Source: Candidatus Omnitrophota bacterium
Lineage (GTDB): Bacteria > Omnitrophota > Gorgyraeia > Gygaellales > Profunditerraquicolaceae
NCBI GenBank assembly: GCA_026387335.1
Contig: JAPLLX010000002.1
Coordinates: forward strand, 13,326 to 77,325
DNA: 64,000 nt
Direction of reading: 5' to 3'
A program made the translations under genes and the position numbers. This document shows, in pieces, positions 22,435 to 32,199 of this stretch. The notes under the pieces were generated by a model that saw nothing but the letters and a program-made list of their open reading frames with translations, searched no databases and was not told the DNA's origin. Position 1 is the first letter of the stretch; every line of letters starts with the position of its first letter.

Positions 22435-23382
22435 ATGGCAGGATTAGATTTTGAAAAACCTATTGCTGAATTAGAAAAGAAAATCCAGGAATTAAGGCAT
22501 TTTGTCTCGGATAAAAAGATAGACCTTTCTTCCGAAGTAAAACGCCTGGAAGATAAGCTGGAGCATCTTAAGAAAGATACCTACACTAATCTTTCCGCCT
22601 GGCAGAGGGTGCAGCTTGCCCGCCATCCGCAAAGGCCCTATACTTTAGATTATATCAATCTGTTTATAACGGATTTTATAGAAATACACGGAGACAGGCA
22701 CTTTGCCGATGATAAAGCCATTGTCTGCGGCTTAGGCAAATTGGATAAACACAAAATTGCGGTTATCGGGCATCAAAAGGGCAGGGACACTAAGGAGAAT
22801 CTCCAGCGTAATTTCGGCTGCGCCCATCCGGAAGGATACCGTAAGGCGCTTAGAGTTATGCAGTTGGCGGAAGAATTCAATTTACCCGTGGTGATTTTCA
22901 TTGATACTCCCGGAGCCTATCCGGGCATAGGAGCGGAAGAGCGCGGGCAATCCCAGGCCATCGCGTTTAACTTGAGGGAGATGGCCTCTTTGGCTACGCC
23001 AATACTCTCTATAGTCATAGGAGAAGGCGGCTCAGGCGGAGCTTTAGGGGTGGGAGTAGCTGACCGGGTCTGTATATTAGAAAATTCATATTATTCCGTT
23101 ATATCTCCCGAAGGTTGCGCGGCAATATTATGGAAGGATGGTTCAAAGGCGCCTCAGGCAGCCGAAGTCTTAAAACTGACCGGCGCTGATTTGCTGGCCC
23201 TTAAGATTATTGATGAAGTGATCCCGGAGCCGTTAGGCGGCGCTCACCGGGATGTACAGAAAACAGCCCAGAATTTAAAAGAGGTAATAGTGAGAAACCT
23301 CAAAGAATTAAAAGCAATAGATAAAGAAGAACTCTTAAAATTAAGGTATAAGAAATTCCGCAGTATGGGTGTTGTGGCATGA
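22435..23382 (+). CDS. accA: Acetyl-CoA carboxylase carboxyltransferase alpha
   Basis: [57 protein letters not shown]. Confidence 0.97.
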   Translation: MAGLDFEKPIAELEKKIQELRHFVSDKKIDLSSEVKRLEDKLEHLKKDTYTNLSAWQRVQLARHPQRPYTLDYINLFITDFIEIHGDRHFADDKAIVCGLGKLDKHKIAVIGHQKGRDTKENLQRNFGCAHPEGYRKALRVMQLAEEFNLPVVIFIDTPGAYPGIGAEERGQSQAIAFNLREMASLATPILSIVIGEGGSGGALGVGVADRVCILENSYYSVISPEGCAAILWKDGSKAPQAAEVLKLTGADLLALKIIDEVIPEPLGGAHRDVQKTAQNLKEVIVRNLKELKAIDKEELLKLRYKKFRSMGVVA

Positions 23383-23897
23383 TTGAGCAGGAACTATTAT
23401 TATTAGGGTTACTCAGGGAAGGCCCCAAGCACGGCTACGATATCAAGACTAAGATCAAACATATACTCTCCTTATTTGCCGGAGTAGAATTAAAATCCAT
23501 ATATTATCCGTTACGCATACTTGAAAAAAGAGGCCTGGTAGCAAAAAGGACGCTTAAACCGGGGAACAGGCCCAAGCGCATAGTTTACGCCCTGACTCCC
23601 AAAGGCCAAAGCCGCTTTAACGAGCTTCTGGGCAAGAGCCTGCTTAACCTGAAAAGGCCGCAGTTTAGCCTGGATTTAAGCCTCTATTTCTTGCACTACA
23701 TGAAGCCTCAAGCCGCCTGCCGGCGCTTGCGCGCAAGATTGCATATGCTGAATAAAATCTCCCGCGGCCTTGAACAGATGATTAAGAAATCCTCGAAAGA
23801 TAAGACTGTCTCCCTGGGGCGCATACTGGAGCATAACGTAAAGATGCTCAATACCGAATCCCGGTTTATCTCCTGGCTTATTGAGTCGATACATTAA
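23379..23897 (+). CDS. PadR family transcriptional regulator
   Basis: [26 protein letters not shown]. Confidence 0.9.
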   Translation: MIEQELLLLGLLREGPKHGYDIKTKIKHILSLFAGVELKSIYYPLRILEKRGLVAKRTLKPGNRPKRIVYALTPKGQSRFNELLGKSLLNLKRPQFSLDLSLYFLHYMKPQAACRRLRARLHMLNKISRGLEQMIKKSSKDKTVSLGRILEHNVKMLNTESRFISWLIESIH

Positions 23898-23907
23898 CCA
23901 ATTTTTC

Positions 23908-23936
23908 TTGACACTGGCGGGATTATCTAATAAAAT
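23908..23936 (+). promoter_or_regulatory. sigma70-type promoter TTGACA-17-TAAAAT at the head of the PKS operon
   Basis: Read directly. Confidence 0.75.
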
Positions 23937-23949
23937 ATAGCTAATTTGA

Positions 23950-23967
23950 ATAGTAAAATTTTACTAT
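23950..23967. promoter_or_regulatory. Perfect 18-bp palindrome, candidate operator
   Basis: ATAGTAAAATTTTACTAT is its own reverse complement and lies just downstream of the promoter. Confidence 0.55.
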
Positions 23968-23988
23968 ATTATAAGAGGAATAAAACTC

Positions 23989-24279
23989 GTGGATTGGGAT
24001 AAGGTTACGCAGGAAAAGCTTAAAATCATTGTCTCTAAGATCCCTGTTTTTCACCGCCATATTACCGAGCAGGCAGTGACTAAAGGGGCGCAAGAGCATG
24101 CCGCCAGAAGGAATTCCGCTAAGATAGAGGAGATAGATGTGATTAACGCCTTCTTCTCGGATGTCCCGGCCGCTTTTTACAGTATGATGGTCAGGCTCCT
24201 GGAGCAAAACGGGTTTGATTATAAAAAATACGGTTTTCCCAAAAATAGGGATGGGAGAACCGTCCCTGGAAAGTTATGA
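23989..24279 (+). CDS. Small protein resembling the PCP_red (BchB C-terminal-like) domain
   Basis: W.......L..IP.FHR......V...A...A pattern; GTG start with RBS. Confidence 0.5.
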   Translation: MDWDKVTQEKLKIIVSKIPVFHRHITEQAVTKGAQEHAARRNSAKIEEIDVINAFFSDVPAAFYSMMVRLLEQNGFDYKKYGFPKNRDGRTVPGKL

Positions 24280-25277
24280 AAATAGCAGTAATCGGCGCAG
24301 GCGCCATAGGCAGTTTAGTCGCGGGTTACCTAAAATTAAAAGGCGAAGATGTATATCTTGTCGGCCATAGCGATGCGGTTAAGGCGGTAAGAGAAAACGG
24401 CCTTAAGATTTCCGGAAGACGCGGTGACTTTAAGGTTGAGTTAGGCATCTACGAGATGCTTATCTCCCAGCCGGAACTTTTAATACTGGCGACAAAAACC
24501 CAGGATATTGAGCAGGCGCTCAAAGACAATCTTGGCCTGATTAAAGAGACCGTTGTTTTGACTACGCAGAACGGTATTCAGGCGGAGAAGATAGTTGCCG
24601 GGTTTATCCCTAAAAGTAATATTTTCTCAAGCATAGTGATGTTCGGCGCTACTTATTTAGAGCCGGGTAAAGTTGTGCATAACTTTGAAGGTAGCTGGGT
24701 TTTAGGGAGCATATTCTCTGAGATAACTGACCCCCGGATGCTTTCCTTAAGCCTGGTTTTGAATAAGGCGTTTCCCGCGGTTATCAGTAATGAGATAGCT
24801 GAGATGAAATACCTGAAGATCTTTGTCAATGCCAACAATTGCATCCCGGCTATATTAGGGGTAAGTATGCAGGAAGCCTTTCTCTCTCCCGAAGTGAGCA
24901 AAATAAGCATAGCTATCTGGAAAGAAGGTTTTCAGATAATATCAAAATTAGGGATTAAACTGGCTTCTCTGCCGGGTTTTCCGATAGAAAATATAACCCG
25001 GCTTATTTCCGTACCCAGCGATGAGGCCGCTAAAGTTTTCTCAGGGATCATGAGCAAATTAAGCAAGGATCCGCTCTACGGATCGATTTTACAGAGCATT
25101 AAAAGGGGAAGGTCCTCAGAGATCGATTACATCAACGGAGAATTTGTAAATTTAGCCGATGAGCACGGGCTAAAAGCGGACTTAAACCGAAAGTTAGTTC
25201 AGATGGTGCATGAAGTTGAAAAAACAAAGAGATTTTTTACCAAGGATGAGTTCTTAAGCGCGGTTAAGGATTATTAA
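24276..25277 (+). CDS. Ketopantoate reductase (PanE/ApbA) family oxidoreductase
   Basis: GAGAIG, ATK, QNG, K...N...N, S.LQS...GR.SEID.ING. Confidence 0.88.
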   Translation: MKIAVIGAGAIGSLVAGYLKLKGEDVYLVGHSDAVKAVRENGLKISGRRGDFKVELGIYEMLISQPELLILATKTQDIEQALKDNLGLIKETVVLTTQNGIQAEKIVAGFIPKSNIFSSIVMFGATYLEPGKVVHNFEGSWVLGSIFSEITDPRMLSLSLVLNKAFPAVISNEIAEMKYLKIFVNANNCIPAILGVSMQEAFLSPEVSKISIAIWKEGFQIISKLGIKLASLPGFPIENITRLISVPSDEAAKVFSGIMSKLSKDPLYGSILQSIKRGRSSEIDYINGEFVNLADEHGLKADLNRKLVQMVHEVEKTKRFFTKDEFLSAVKDY

Positions 25278-25283
25278 ACTAAA

Positions 25284-25880
25284 ATGTCTGGAGTAAGTTC
25301 ACCTTTCCCAAAACTAAAACTCACGGTTAGCGCAGTTGCGGGCGTTTGTTACCACGGATATAAAGCCGGCGATGAGATTATCCTGGAAGATTTTACGCAT
25401 CCGCCTAAGCATTTTTGCCTGGGGCTGGCCCACGCGTTATTTCCCGTCATATACGCTTTAAGTTTCGGCGCTAAATTCGGCTTCCGCGATAATCAGCGTT
25501 CGCTGCTGGTGACTTGTCCTGACGGAGGGAAGCTGGAATTTAAAGCCGAGATTTTAGACAAAGACGGCAAGGTGGAAACTTTAGCTAAAGACCCGAATCA
25601 TAAATTTAATCCTAAAAAGATGGTCATTGAAGTGGTTAAGGCAAAAGGAAAATGCACATTTGGGTATAAGGTGGGAGATAAATGGGAGACTCTGGGGTTA
25701 AAATGCATACCCGGATTCTGCGGCGCGGCGTTTCATACCGCTTTTCCGGCGCTGTTTGCCTTAAATTTCGGAGCTAAGTTTTTCTTTATGGATAATCCGG
25801 ATGCGATTGATACCGTAACCTGCCCTGATGGAGGGAACATTGTTTTTAAGGTAACGAGAGTAGAAGAGGAGAAAAAATAA
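25284..25880 (+). CDS. Tandem-duplicated Cys-motif protein (TIGR04076-like)
   Basis: Two repeats of C..GYK.GD...FC...H..FP...AL.FGAKF.F.DN......TCPDGG. Confidence 0.7.
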   Translation: MSGVSSPFPKLKLTVSAVAGVCYHGYKAGDEIILEDFTHPPKHFCLGLAHALFPVIYALSFGAKFGFRDNQRSLLVTCPDGGKLEFKAEILDKDGKVETLAKDPNHKFNPKKMVIEVVKAKGKCTFGYKVGDKWETLGLKCIPGFCGAAFHTAFPALFALNFGAKFFFMDNPDAIDTVTCPDGGNIVFKVTRVEEEKK

Positions 25881-25884
25881 TTTT

Positions 25885-27147
25885 ATGAATAAACGTAGAG
25901 TAGTGATTACGGGAATCGGAGTAGTTTCTCCTAATGGTATCGGTAAAGATAAAGTTTATCAGGCGATGTGTAACGGCGTATCCGGGATAAGGCGGGTAGA
26001 TGGTTTTGATGTCTCGGTATTTAATACCAAGATTGCCGCCGAGGTGCGGGATTTTGATCCGTTCAAATTAGGGCTTAACCATGACGAAGCTGTGCGTATG
26101 GATAGATACGTGCAGTTTGGAGTCGTCGCCGGAAATATGGCAATTAAGGATAGCGGGATTGATTTTTCTAAAATTGACCCCGGGCGCGTAGGGGTTTGCC
26201 TGGCCAACGCTATCTGCGGGACAAAATATATGGAAGAAGAATTTGCCTTCGTAACCGACGACGGTAAAAATCCCATTGATCCGTCAAAGGTCAGGCCGGA
26301 CCTCTATGATGCGGCGATGTTTAATACGCCTTCCATTGAATTATCGGCCAAATACCATCTTAAGGGAATATGCAACACTCTTTCTACGGGTTGCACAGCC
26401 GGGACTGACGCGCTCGGATTTGGCCTGGAGACCATCCAGGACGGCGAGGAGGATGTTATGATTTGCGGCGCTGCCGAAGCTCCGATTACGCCGATTACTT
26501 TTGGCGCGTTTGATGTGGTGAATGTTTTATCCTGCCGCAATGATGACCCGCAAGGGTCAAGCCGCCCTTTTGATAATAAGCGTGACGGTTTTGTCTTAAG
26601 CGAAGGCGCCGGGATTTTAATCTTAGAGGAGTTAAACCACGCGTTGAAACGCAACGCCCGCATTTATTGCGAAGTTTTAGGATTCGGCACTAGCTGTAAC
26701 GCCTTTCATATGACTGACCTTCCCGGAGACGGAGACGCTATGACCAACTGTATAACCCTGGCCTTAAAAGATTCCGGGATCAAACCGCGGGAGATAGACT
26801 ATATCAGCGCCCACGGTTCCAGCACCAAGATGAACGATATATTTGAAACTAATGCTTACAAGACAGTTTTTGGCGACTACGCCTATAAGCTTCCCATAAG
26901 CTCGCTTAAATCTATGATCGGCCATCCCTTAGCCGCGGCCAACGCCGTTGAGCTTACCGTATGTTCAATGATTTTTGAGAAGAATATCCTTCCGCCGACC
27001 ATCAACCAGGAAGAAAAAGACCCTTTATGCGACTTGAATTACATTCCGAATAAGGCCATTGAAAAGAAAGTAGACACCATTATTAAAACCAGCTCGGGTT
27101 TTTCCGGGATTCATTCTTCGTTGATATTAAGGAGATATAGTGGATAA
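25885..27147 (+). CDS. Type II PKS ketosynthase alpha
   Basis: STGCTAG.DA.G (Cys at codon 170), SRPFD..RDGFVL.EG, AFHMT.L, AHGSST..ND..E, KSMIGH. Confidence 0.9.
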   Translation: MNKRRVVITGIGVVSPNGIGKDKVYQAMCNGVSGIRRVDGFDVSVFNTKIAAEVRDFDPFKLGLNHDEAVRMDRYVQFGVVAGNMAIKDSGIDFSKIDPGRVGVCLANAICGTKYMEEEFAFVTDDGKNPIDPSKVRPDLYDAAMFNTPSIELSAKYHLKGICNTLSTGCTAGTDALGFGLETIQDGEEDVMICGAAEAPITPITFGAFDVVNVLSCRNDDPQGSSRPFDNKRDGFVLSEGAGILILEELNHALKRNARIYCEVLGFGTSCNAFHMTDLPGDGDAMTNCITLALKDSGIKPREIDYISAHGSSTKMNDIFETNAYKTVFGDYAYKLPISSLKSMIGHPLAAANAVELTVCSMIFEKNILPPTINQEEKDPLCDLNYIPNKAIEKKVDTIIKTSSGFSGIHSSLILRRYSG

Positions 27148-28366
27148 AATAGCGGTTACAGGCATAGGCATAGTTAGCCCTTCAGGGATAAATAAAAGGC
27201 AATTTTGGGCGAATATAAAAGCCGGCCGCTCTTTTGTCAAAGAGATTACCCGCTTTGACGCTTCCAAATACCCATCACGTATCGCCGGTCAAATTGACGA
27301 ATTAAATAAATACAGCAATATTTCCGAGAGGCTGCTGAAAAAAATCGACGCCTTTTCGCACATGGCCCTGATCGCCTCGGAATTAGCGCTGCAGGACGCC
27401 GGAATTGATATAAAAAATGAAGACCCGAACTTAGTCGGCATATTTTTAGGCAACGCTATCGGCGGCTGGCTTTATGCCGAGACTGAGCTACGCGATTTGT
27501 ATATTGAAGGCCGCGAGGGAGTATCGCCCTATATGGCTTCAGCTTGGTTTCCCGCCGCGCCGCAAGGCCAGGTATCCATTTATTACGGTATCAAAGGTTT
27601 TTCTAAAACAGTAGTCGCGGACAGGGCCAGTTCCTTGATGGCTTTAGGTTACGCCCGAAAAGTCTTAAATAAAAATAAACTTAATATGATTTTATCCGGC
27701 GGAATGGAAGCGCCGGTTACGCCCTACGCTCTTTTATGCTGCAGCACTTACGGAGCTCTTTCCAAAAATAATGCTCGTCCCCAAGAAGCTTACCGGCCTT
27801 TTGATAAAAAGCGCGACGGTTGCGTGATTGGCGAAGGCGCCGGAATCGTGGTTATGGAGAGCATCGCGCGCGCGGCTAAAAGAGGGGTAAAGCCGTTGGC
27901 TTATATTTCAGGATACGCCGCGACCTGCGACGGGCTAGACCGGATTAATTGCGCCAGCGACGGTAAGGAGTTAGCCCGGGCGATTACCTTAGCGCTGGCT
28001 GACGCAAAAACTAACGCCGGCGAAATTGATTACATAAGCTTAGACGGACTGGCCCTGGATTTATGGGATAACTCCGAGTTAAGCGCGATAAAAAGTATTT
28101 TTAAAGAAAGGGCAAAGGATATTCCGCTGAGTTGCCCTAAATCCATGTTTGGGAATTTGCTGGGAGCCTCGGGAGTAGTGGATATGATTACTACTATTTT
28201 GGCAATGGAGAATAATCTTATACCGGTTACCTTAAATTTGGAGGAGCCCAGCGTTAAAGGGTTTAATTATGTTACTAAAGAAGCAAAGGAACATAAAATA
28301 AATAAGGCCTTGGTAATCTCGCGCGGAAGAGGCGGGATAAATTCGGTCTTAGTAGTGGAAAAGTAA
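27140..28366 (+). CDS. Type II PKS chain length factor (KS-beta)
   Basis: KS fold lacking the catalytic Cys/His; VSPY...AWF.A...GQ.SI..G.KG and AYRPFD signatures of CLFs; overlaps the KS-alpha stop. Confidence 0.88.
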   Translation: MDKIAVTGIGIVSPSGINKRQFWANIKAGRSFVKEITRFDASKYPSRIAGQIDELNKYSNISERLLKKIDAFSHMALIASELALQDAGIDIKNEDPNLVGIFLGNAIGGWLYAETELRDLYIEGREGVSPYMASAWFPAAPQGQVSIYYGIKGFSKTVVADRASSLMALGYARKVLNKNKLNMILSGGMEAPVTPYALLCCSTYGALSKNNARPQEAYRPFDKKRDGCVIGEGAGIVVMESIARAAKRGVKPLAYISGYAATCDGLDRINCASDGKELARAITLALADAKTNAGEIDYISLDGLALDLWDNSELSAIKSIFKERAKDIPLSCPKSMFGNLLGASGVVDMITTILAMENNLIPVTLNLEEPSVKGFNYVTKEAKEHKINKALVISRGRGGINSVLVVEK

Positions 28367-28384
28367 AAAGTTAGAGGAGGAATT

Positions 28385-29845
28385 ATGAAGATTTTATTTG
28401 TTATGCCGAAAGTCGGAGCCTGGGCAACGCACGGAATACACCGTTCACCAAATCAGCTCTACGCCCATTGGGCAGCGTACGCGCGCGAAAGAGGGTATGA
28501 GGACGTAGCGGTTATAGACGGTAAGGCTGACCAGATACCTATGGAGCAGTTGGTTGAGCAGGTAAAGCAGAAGAATCCCGATATCGTGGTCATGGGCGAA
28601 CAGCTGCACGGTTATGGCGGCTACGGAGTTTTACGCCATTTTAAGGATGCCGCCGCCGGTATAAAAAAAGCGCTTCCTAAAACAAAAATTATTCTGGGCG
28701 GGTTATGGTATTCGGCAATGCCCGTACCGACATTAGAGGAAAATCCCGCTGTAGATTTTGTAGTGATGGGCGAAGAGGAGTCTTTTGGGGACCTGATTGA
28801 AGCAATAGATAAAAATAAGCCTCTTAAAGACGTGGGTGGAGTAACTTCGCGCATTGATGGCCAAATCGTTATGGGGCCGCATAAACCGTTGCTGGAAGAT
28901 TTGGATAAGTTACCCCTGCCGGCTTATGATTTGTTTCCTATGGATAAATATGTGGGTCACACTTATTGGAAGCCTTTTGTGGATATGGTTACTTCCCGCG
29001 GATGTCCATCGGCTTGCACTTTTTGTTATGAATGGGACCAGTTTGACCCCCGCTCTCCGTCGGATTTCCTGAAGTGGCGGGCTAAATCCCCGGAAAGAGT
29101 TATGGAAGAACTTAATCTTCTACACAGAAAATACGGGGTTAAAGTCGTGGTTATTCAGGATGATAATTTCAATGTCGATCCGGCGAGGGTGAAAAAATTC
29201 TGCGAGCTGAAGAAAGCGTCTAATAATCCGATTAAATGGGTTTCTCTGGGCCGGGCGATAGATTGGGTTAATTGCGAATCCATCCTGCCCTTAATGAAGG
29301 AAAACGGTTTATTTATGGGCGTTTTCGGCATTGAGGTTACCACTCAGTCAGAGCTTAAGAAAATCGCTAAAGGTATCACCATTGATCAGATCAAGAAAAC
29401 TATAGAGATGTTCCGTAAAAACGATATCGCCATTGTCGCCGATATTATGATGGGTTTTGATTATGATACCGAAGAAATTGTTAAGCAGCGTTTTGAGTTT
29501 ACTGACCAGGTGGACCCGGATGTCCTCTGGGTGGGTTATGTTACTCCCGCTCCGAATTCACCAATGTGGAGGATTGCTTTAAAGAAAAAGTGGATGGACC
29601 CTAAGAAGGTAGATTTTAGCCAATGGGACTTTTTGCATCCGGTAATTCCTACGGACCATCTTTCCACAGAAGACTTAGGGCGCCTGGGTTCATGGTGTAT
29701 GCGGGAATTTTTCTCCAAGCCCGGCCGCATTAATAGGATCATGGAGAGCAATTTTGATCCTTTGGCCAAGCTTTGTTTCAAGGATGTTATGGATGGTATT
29801 AACAAGTGGGAAGCAGCCGCGACCAAGGGCGAAGTGCAGATATAA
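28385..29845 (+). CDS. Cobalamin-dependent radical SAM enzyme (class B methyltransferase/BchE-like)
   Basis: N-terminal B12-binding-like domain (IILGG, VDFVVMGEEE), SRGCPSACTFC (CxxxCxxC), DDNF, GIE. Confidence 0.9.
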   Translation: MKILFVMPKVGAWATHGIHRSPNQLYAHWAAYARERGYEDVAVIDGKADQIPMEQLVEQVKQKNPDIVVMGEQLHGYGGYGVLRHFKDAAAGIKKALPKTKIILGGLWYSAMPVPTLEENPAVDFVVMGEEESFGDLIEAIDKNKPLKDVGGVTSRIDGQIVMGPHKPLLEDLDKLPLPAYDLFPMDKYVGHTYWKPFVDMVTSRGCPSACTFCYEWDQFDPRSPSDFLKWRAKSPERVMEELNLLHRKYGVKVVVIQDDNFNVDPARVKKFCELKKASNNPIKWVSLGRAIDWVNCESILPLMKENGLFMGVFGIEVTTQSELKKIAKGITIDQIKKTIEMFRKNDIAIVADIMMGFDYDTEEIVKQRFEFTDQVDPDVLWVGYVTPAPNSPMWRIALKKKWMDPKKVDFSQWDFLHPVIPTDHLSTEDLGRLGSWCMREFFSKPGRINRIMESNFDPLAKLCFKDVMDGINKWEAAATKGEVQI

Positions 29846-29860
29846 GCTAGCGGAGGAAAG

Positions 29861-30097
29861 ATGGAGACAAAACAGAAAATTAAAGAAGTGCTGGTTGACC
29901 TGCTTAAGGTAAAGCCTGAAGAATTAAAAGATGCTGTTGCCTTGCAAGAGAGTATCGGCGTAGATTCTACCGAAATAGTGGAATCGGTTATCGCCCTGGA
30001 AAAGGCGTTTGGGGTGAAACTTAGCCCGAAAGAGATTACCAAGTCTTCCAGTATAGACGATATCGCGATAGTTGTGCAGTCCAAACTTAAAGCCTAA
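29861..30097 (+). CDS. Acyl carrier protein
   Basis: 78 aa; GVDSTE phosphopantetheine Ser, LEKAFGV. Confidence 0.92.
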   Translation: METKQKIKEVLVDLLKVKPEELKDAVALQESIGVDSTEIVESVIALEKAFGVKLSPKEITKSSSIDDIAIVVQSKLKA

Positions 30098-30895
30098 ATG
30101 AAGATAATTGACTTAAGCCTTCCTATAGACGATAAGGCGTTTGAAGTCCACAAGGTAGCCATTGAACGGGTGACCCATAAGGCGGGAGTGGAGAAATTTA
30201 ACCGCGTGATTATGGGGAAAACTCTCTCCGGGAGGATCAAGTATCTCCTCGGTAAGCGCATACTTAAGAAAGAAGACCTGCCTGACGAGGAATTTTTATC
30301 GCTGGAAATAGTGCATTCTCCTGTTCACATCGGCACCCACCTGGATTACTCATTCCATTACGGCTCAAAATCAGAGGGTAGGCCTTCCAAGACCGCGGAA
30401 GATATCCCGCTGGAATATTGTTATCAGGATGGCGTTAAGCTGGATTTGACCCACAAAAAACCCAACGAAACAATTTCATCAACTGACATTGAAGCGGCGC
30501 TCTCAAAAATCAATTATAAATTAAAACCTTGGGATATTGTTTTCCTATTTACCGGAGCGGATAAGTTTTACGGCTCCCCGCAGTATTTCTCGGATTATCC
30601 GGGAATTGATATTTCGGCGATAGATTATCTTCTAGATAGAGGGATAAAGATTTTTGGCGTAGATACTATGGGCATAGACAGGCCATACAGGTTTATGTTA
30701 AAAGAGTTCTTAGAGAAAAAAGACCCTAAGGCGCTCTACCCGGCGCATTTCTACGGCAGGAAAAGAGAGTTTATCCATATTGAAAGGCTGGCGAATTTAG
30801 AAAAACTTCCGGCTTTCGGATTTAAGGTAATTTGTTTTCCGGTAAAGATTAAACAGACCGGAGCAGCATGGTCGAGAGTAGTTGCCATATTATAA
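30098..30895 (+). CDS. Metal-dependent cyclase family protein (OxyN/ZhuJ-like polyketide cyclase)
   Basis: HIGTHLD...H motif, GVD...D, HIERLANL, FPVKI...GAAW.RVVA. Confidence 0.85.
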   Translation: MKIIDLSLPIDDKAFEVHKVAIERVTHKAGVEKFNRVIMGKTLSGRIKYLLGKRILKKEDLPDEEFLSLEIVHSPVHIGTHLDYSFHYGSKSEGRPSKTAEDIPLEYCYQDGVKLDLTHKKPNETISSTDIEAALSKINYKLKPWDIVFLFTGADKFYGSPQYFSDYPGIDISAIDYLLDRGIKIFGVDTMGIDRPYRFMLKEFLEKKDPKALYPAHFYGRKREFIHIERLANLEKLPAFGFKVICFPVKIKQTGAAWSRVVAIL

Positions 30896-30906
30896 GGGAG
30901 GTTAAG

Positions 30907-31347
30907 ATGGGACATACTTGTAATTCAATTATAATTAACGCGCCGTATGATCTGGTTTTTGATATTTCTAACGATATACCGCGTTGGACTGAATTATTCG
31001 GAAGTGAATACAAGAAAGCGGAGATTGTAAAAAGAGAAGAGAATAAGATTACTTTTCGCCTGACCGATGATGAGGATAAATCCTGGATTTCCTGGAGGTT
31101 ATTGTTTAAGGATAAATTTTTTACTTATTCCGAAAGGCAGGAGCCGAAATTTCCGTTTAAATATATGAAGATCGTCTGGCTCTATACGCAAAAGCCGGAA
31201 GGAACAGCGCTAACCTGGATACAACATTTTGAAATGGACGACAAAGCTAAATTTAACGATGAGCAGGTAGAAGGTTTTATCAACAAGCATTCCAAAGACA
31301 ATCTTTTAATTTTTAAGAATGTGATTGAAAAGGCAGCAGCAAAGTAA
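30907..31347 (+). CDS. Monodomain aromatase/cyclase (TcmN/WhiE-like SRPBCC)
   Basis: HT.NSI.INAP.DLV.D..ND..RW.ELF.SEY..AE, FRL, W.SWR, PF.YM.I.W.Y, W.Q.F; start ATG 30907 after GGAGG. Confidence 0.88.
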   Translation: MGHTCNSIIINAPYDLVFDISNDIPRWTELFGSEYKKAEIVKREENKITFRLTDDEDKSWISWRLLFKDKFFTYSERQEPKFPFKYMKIVWLYTQKPEGTALTWIQHFEMDDKAKFNDEQVEGFINKHSKDNLLIFKNVIEKAAAK

Positions 31348-31363
31348 TTTTAGGAGGTAACCC

Positions 31364-32140
31364 ATGAATCAGGAATTAAAAGGTAAGGTAGCGATTGTAA
31401 CAGGAGCCAGCCGGGGTATTGGTAAGGCCCTGGCCTGCACCGCGGCAAGTCTTGGGATTAATTTAGCTATTGCCGCCCGCGGCGAAGGACCGTTAAAAGA
31501 AACAGCTGATGAGATCGCCAAGAAATACAAGGTAGATGTATTAGCTGTTCCTTGTGATGTCACTAAATTAGAAGATTTAGAGAATTTGGTGAACAAAGCC
31601 AAGGAAAAATTTGGTAAAATCGATATTTTGATCAATAACGCCGGAGTTTCATCCCAATATCCATTCCAGGAGCAGCCGATTGAGGATTTTGAAAGGCTGG
31701 CCCATACGAATTATTTAGGATATGTGCGCCTGATCCGTTTGGTTATTAACGATATGATTAAGAATAAGTCCGGGGCGATAATCAATATGGTTTCCGGCTC
31801 AACCCTTTGCGACCCGCTACCAAGGAATTTTATCGTCTATAGTTCGCTTAAAGTCGGTTTACGCGCTTTTTCCAAGGGCCTTTTCTGGGAACTACGCGAC
31901 CACGGTATAAAAGTAACTTCGATATTGCCCGGAGTTACGGACACTGATCTGACCGGTAAATTAAAAGAGATTACCAGCCAAACTTCCAGGCTGATGAGCA
32001 CCGAGGCAATTGAAGACGCGGTGAGGTTTGCTCTGACCGTGCCAGCGAATGTCTGTCCGTTAGAGATTGCCGTAATTAATCAACAGACACCCTGGACCGC
32101 GCCGGTAATACCATTTGAGCAGAAGCATCCCGGGAAATAA
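31364..32140 (+). CDS. SDR oxidoreductase (possible ketoreductase)
   Basis: TGASRGIG, NNAG, YSSLK (YxxxK), PG.T.T. Confidence 0.9.
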   Translation: MNQELKGKVAIVTGASRGIGKALACTAASLGINLAIAARGEGPLKETADEIAKKYKVDVLAVPCDVTKLEDLENLVNKAKEKFGKIDILINNAGVSSQYPFQEQPIEDFERLAHTNYLGYVRLIRLVINDMIKNKSGAIINMVSGSTLCDPLPRNFIVYSSLKVGLRAFSKGLFWELRDHGIKVTSILPGVTDTDLTGKLKEITSQTSRLMSTEAIEDAVRFALTVPANVCPLEIAVINQQTPWTAPVIPFEQKHPGK

Positions 32141-32143
32141 AAA

Positions 32144-32170
32144 CACCCGGCCCTATCGGATGGGCCGGTG
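32144..32170. repeat. Short hairpin family 5, copy 1
   Basis: CACCCGGCCCTATCGGATGGGCCGGTG; second copy at 62428-62454. Confidence 0.7.
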
Positions 32171-32199
32171 TTGTCCTGGTGGACAAAAGGAGAGAACTG

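Noticed and set aside
25885-28366. Ordinary fabF duplication for fatty acid synthesis
   Set aside because: The second KS lacks catalytic residues and has CLF signatures, aromatase/cyclase genes are adjacent, and there is no dehydratase or enoyl reductase.
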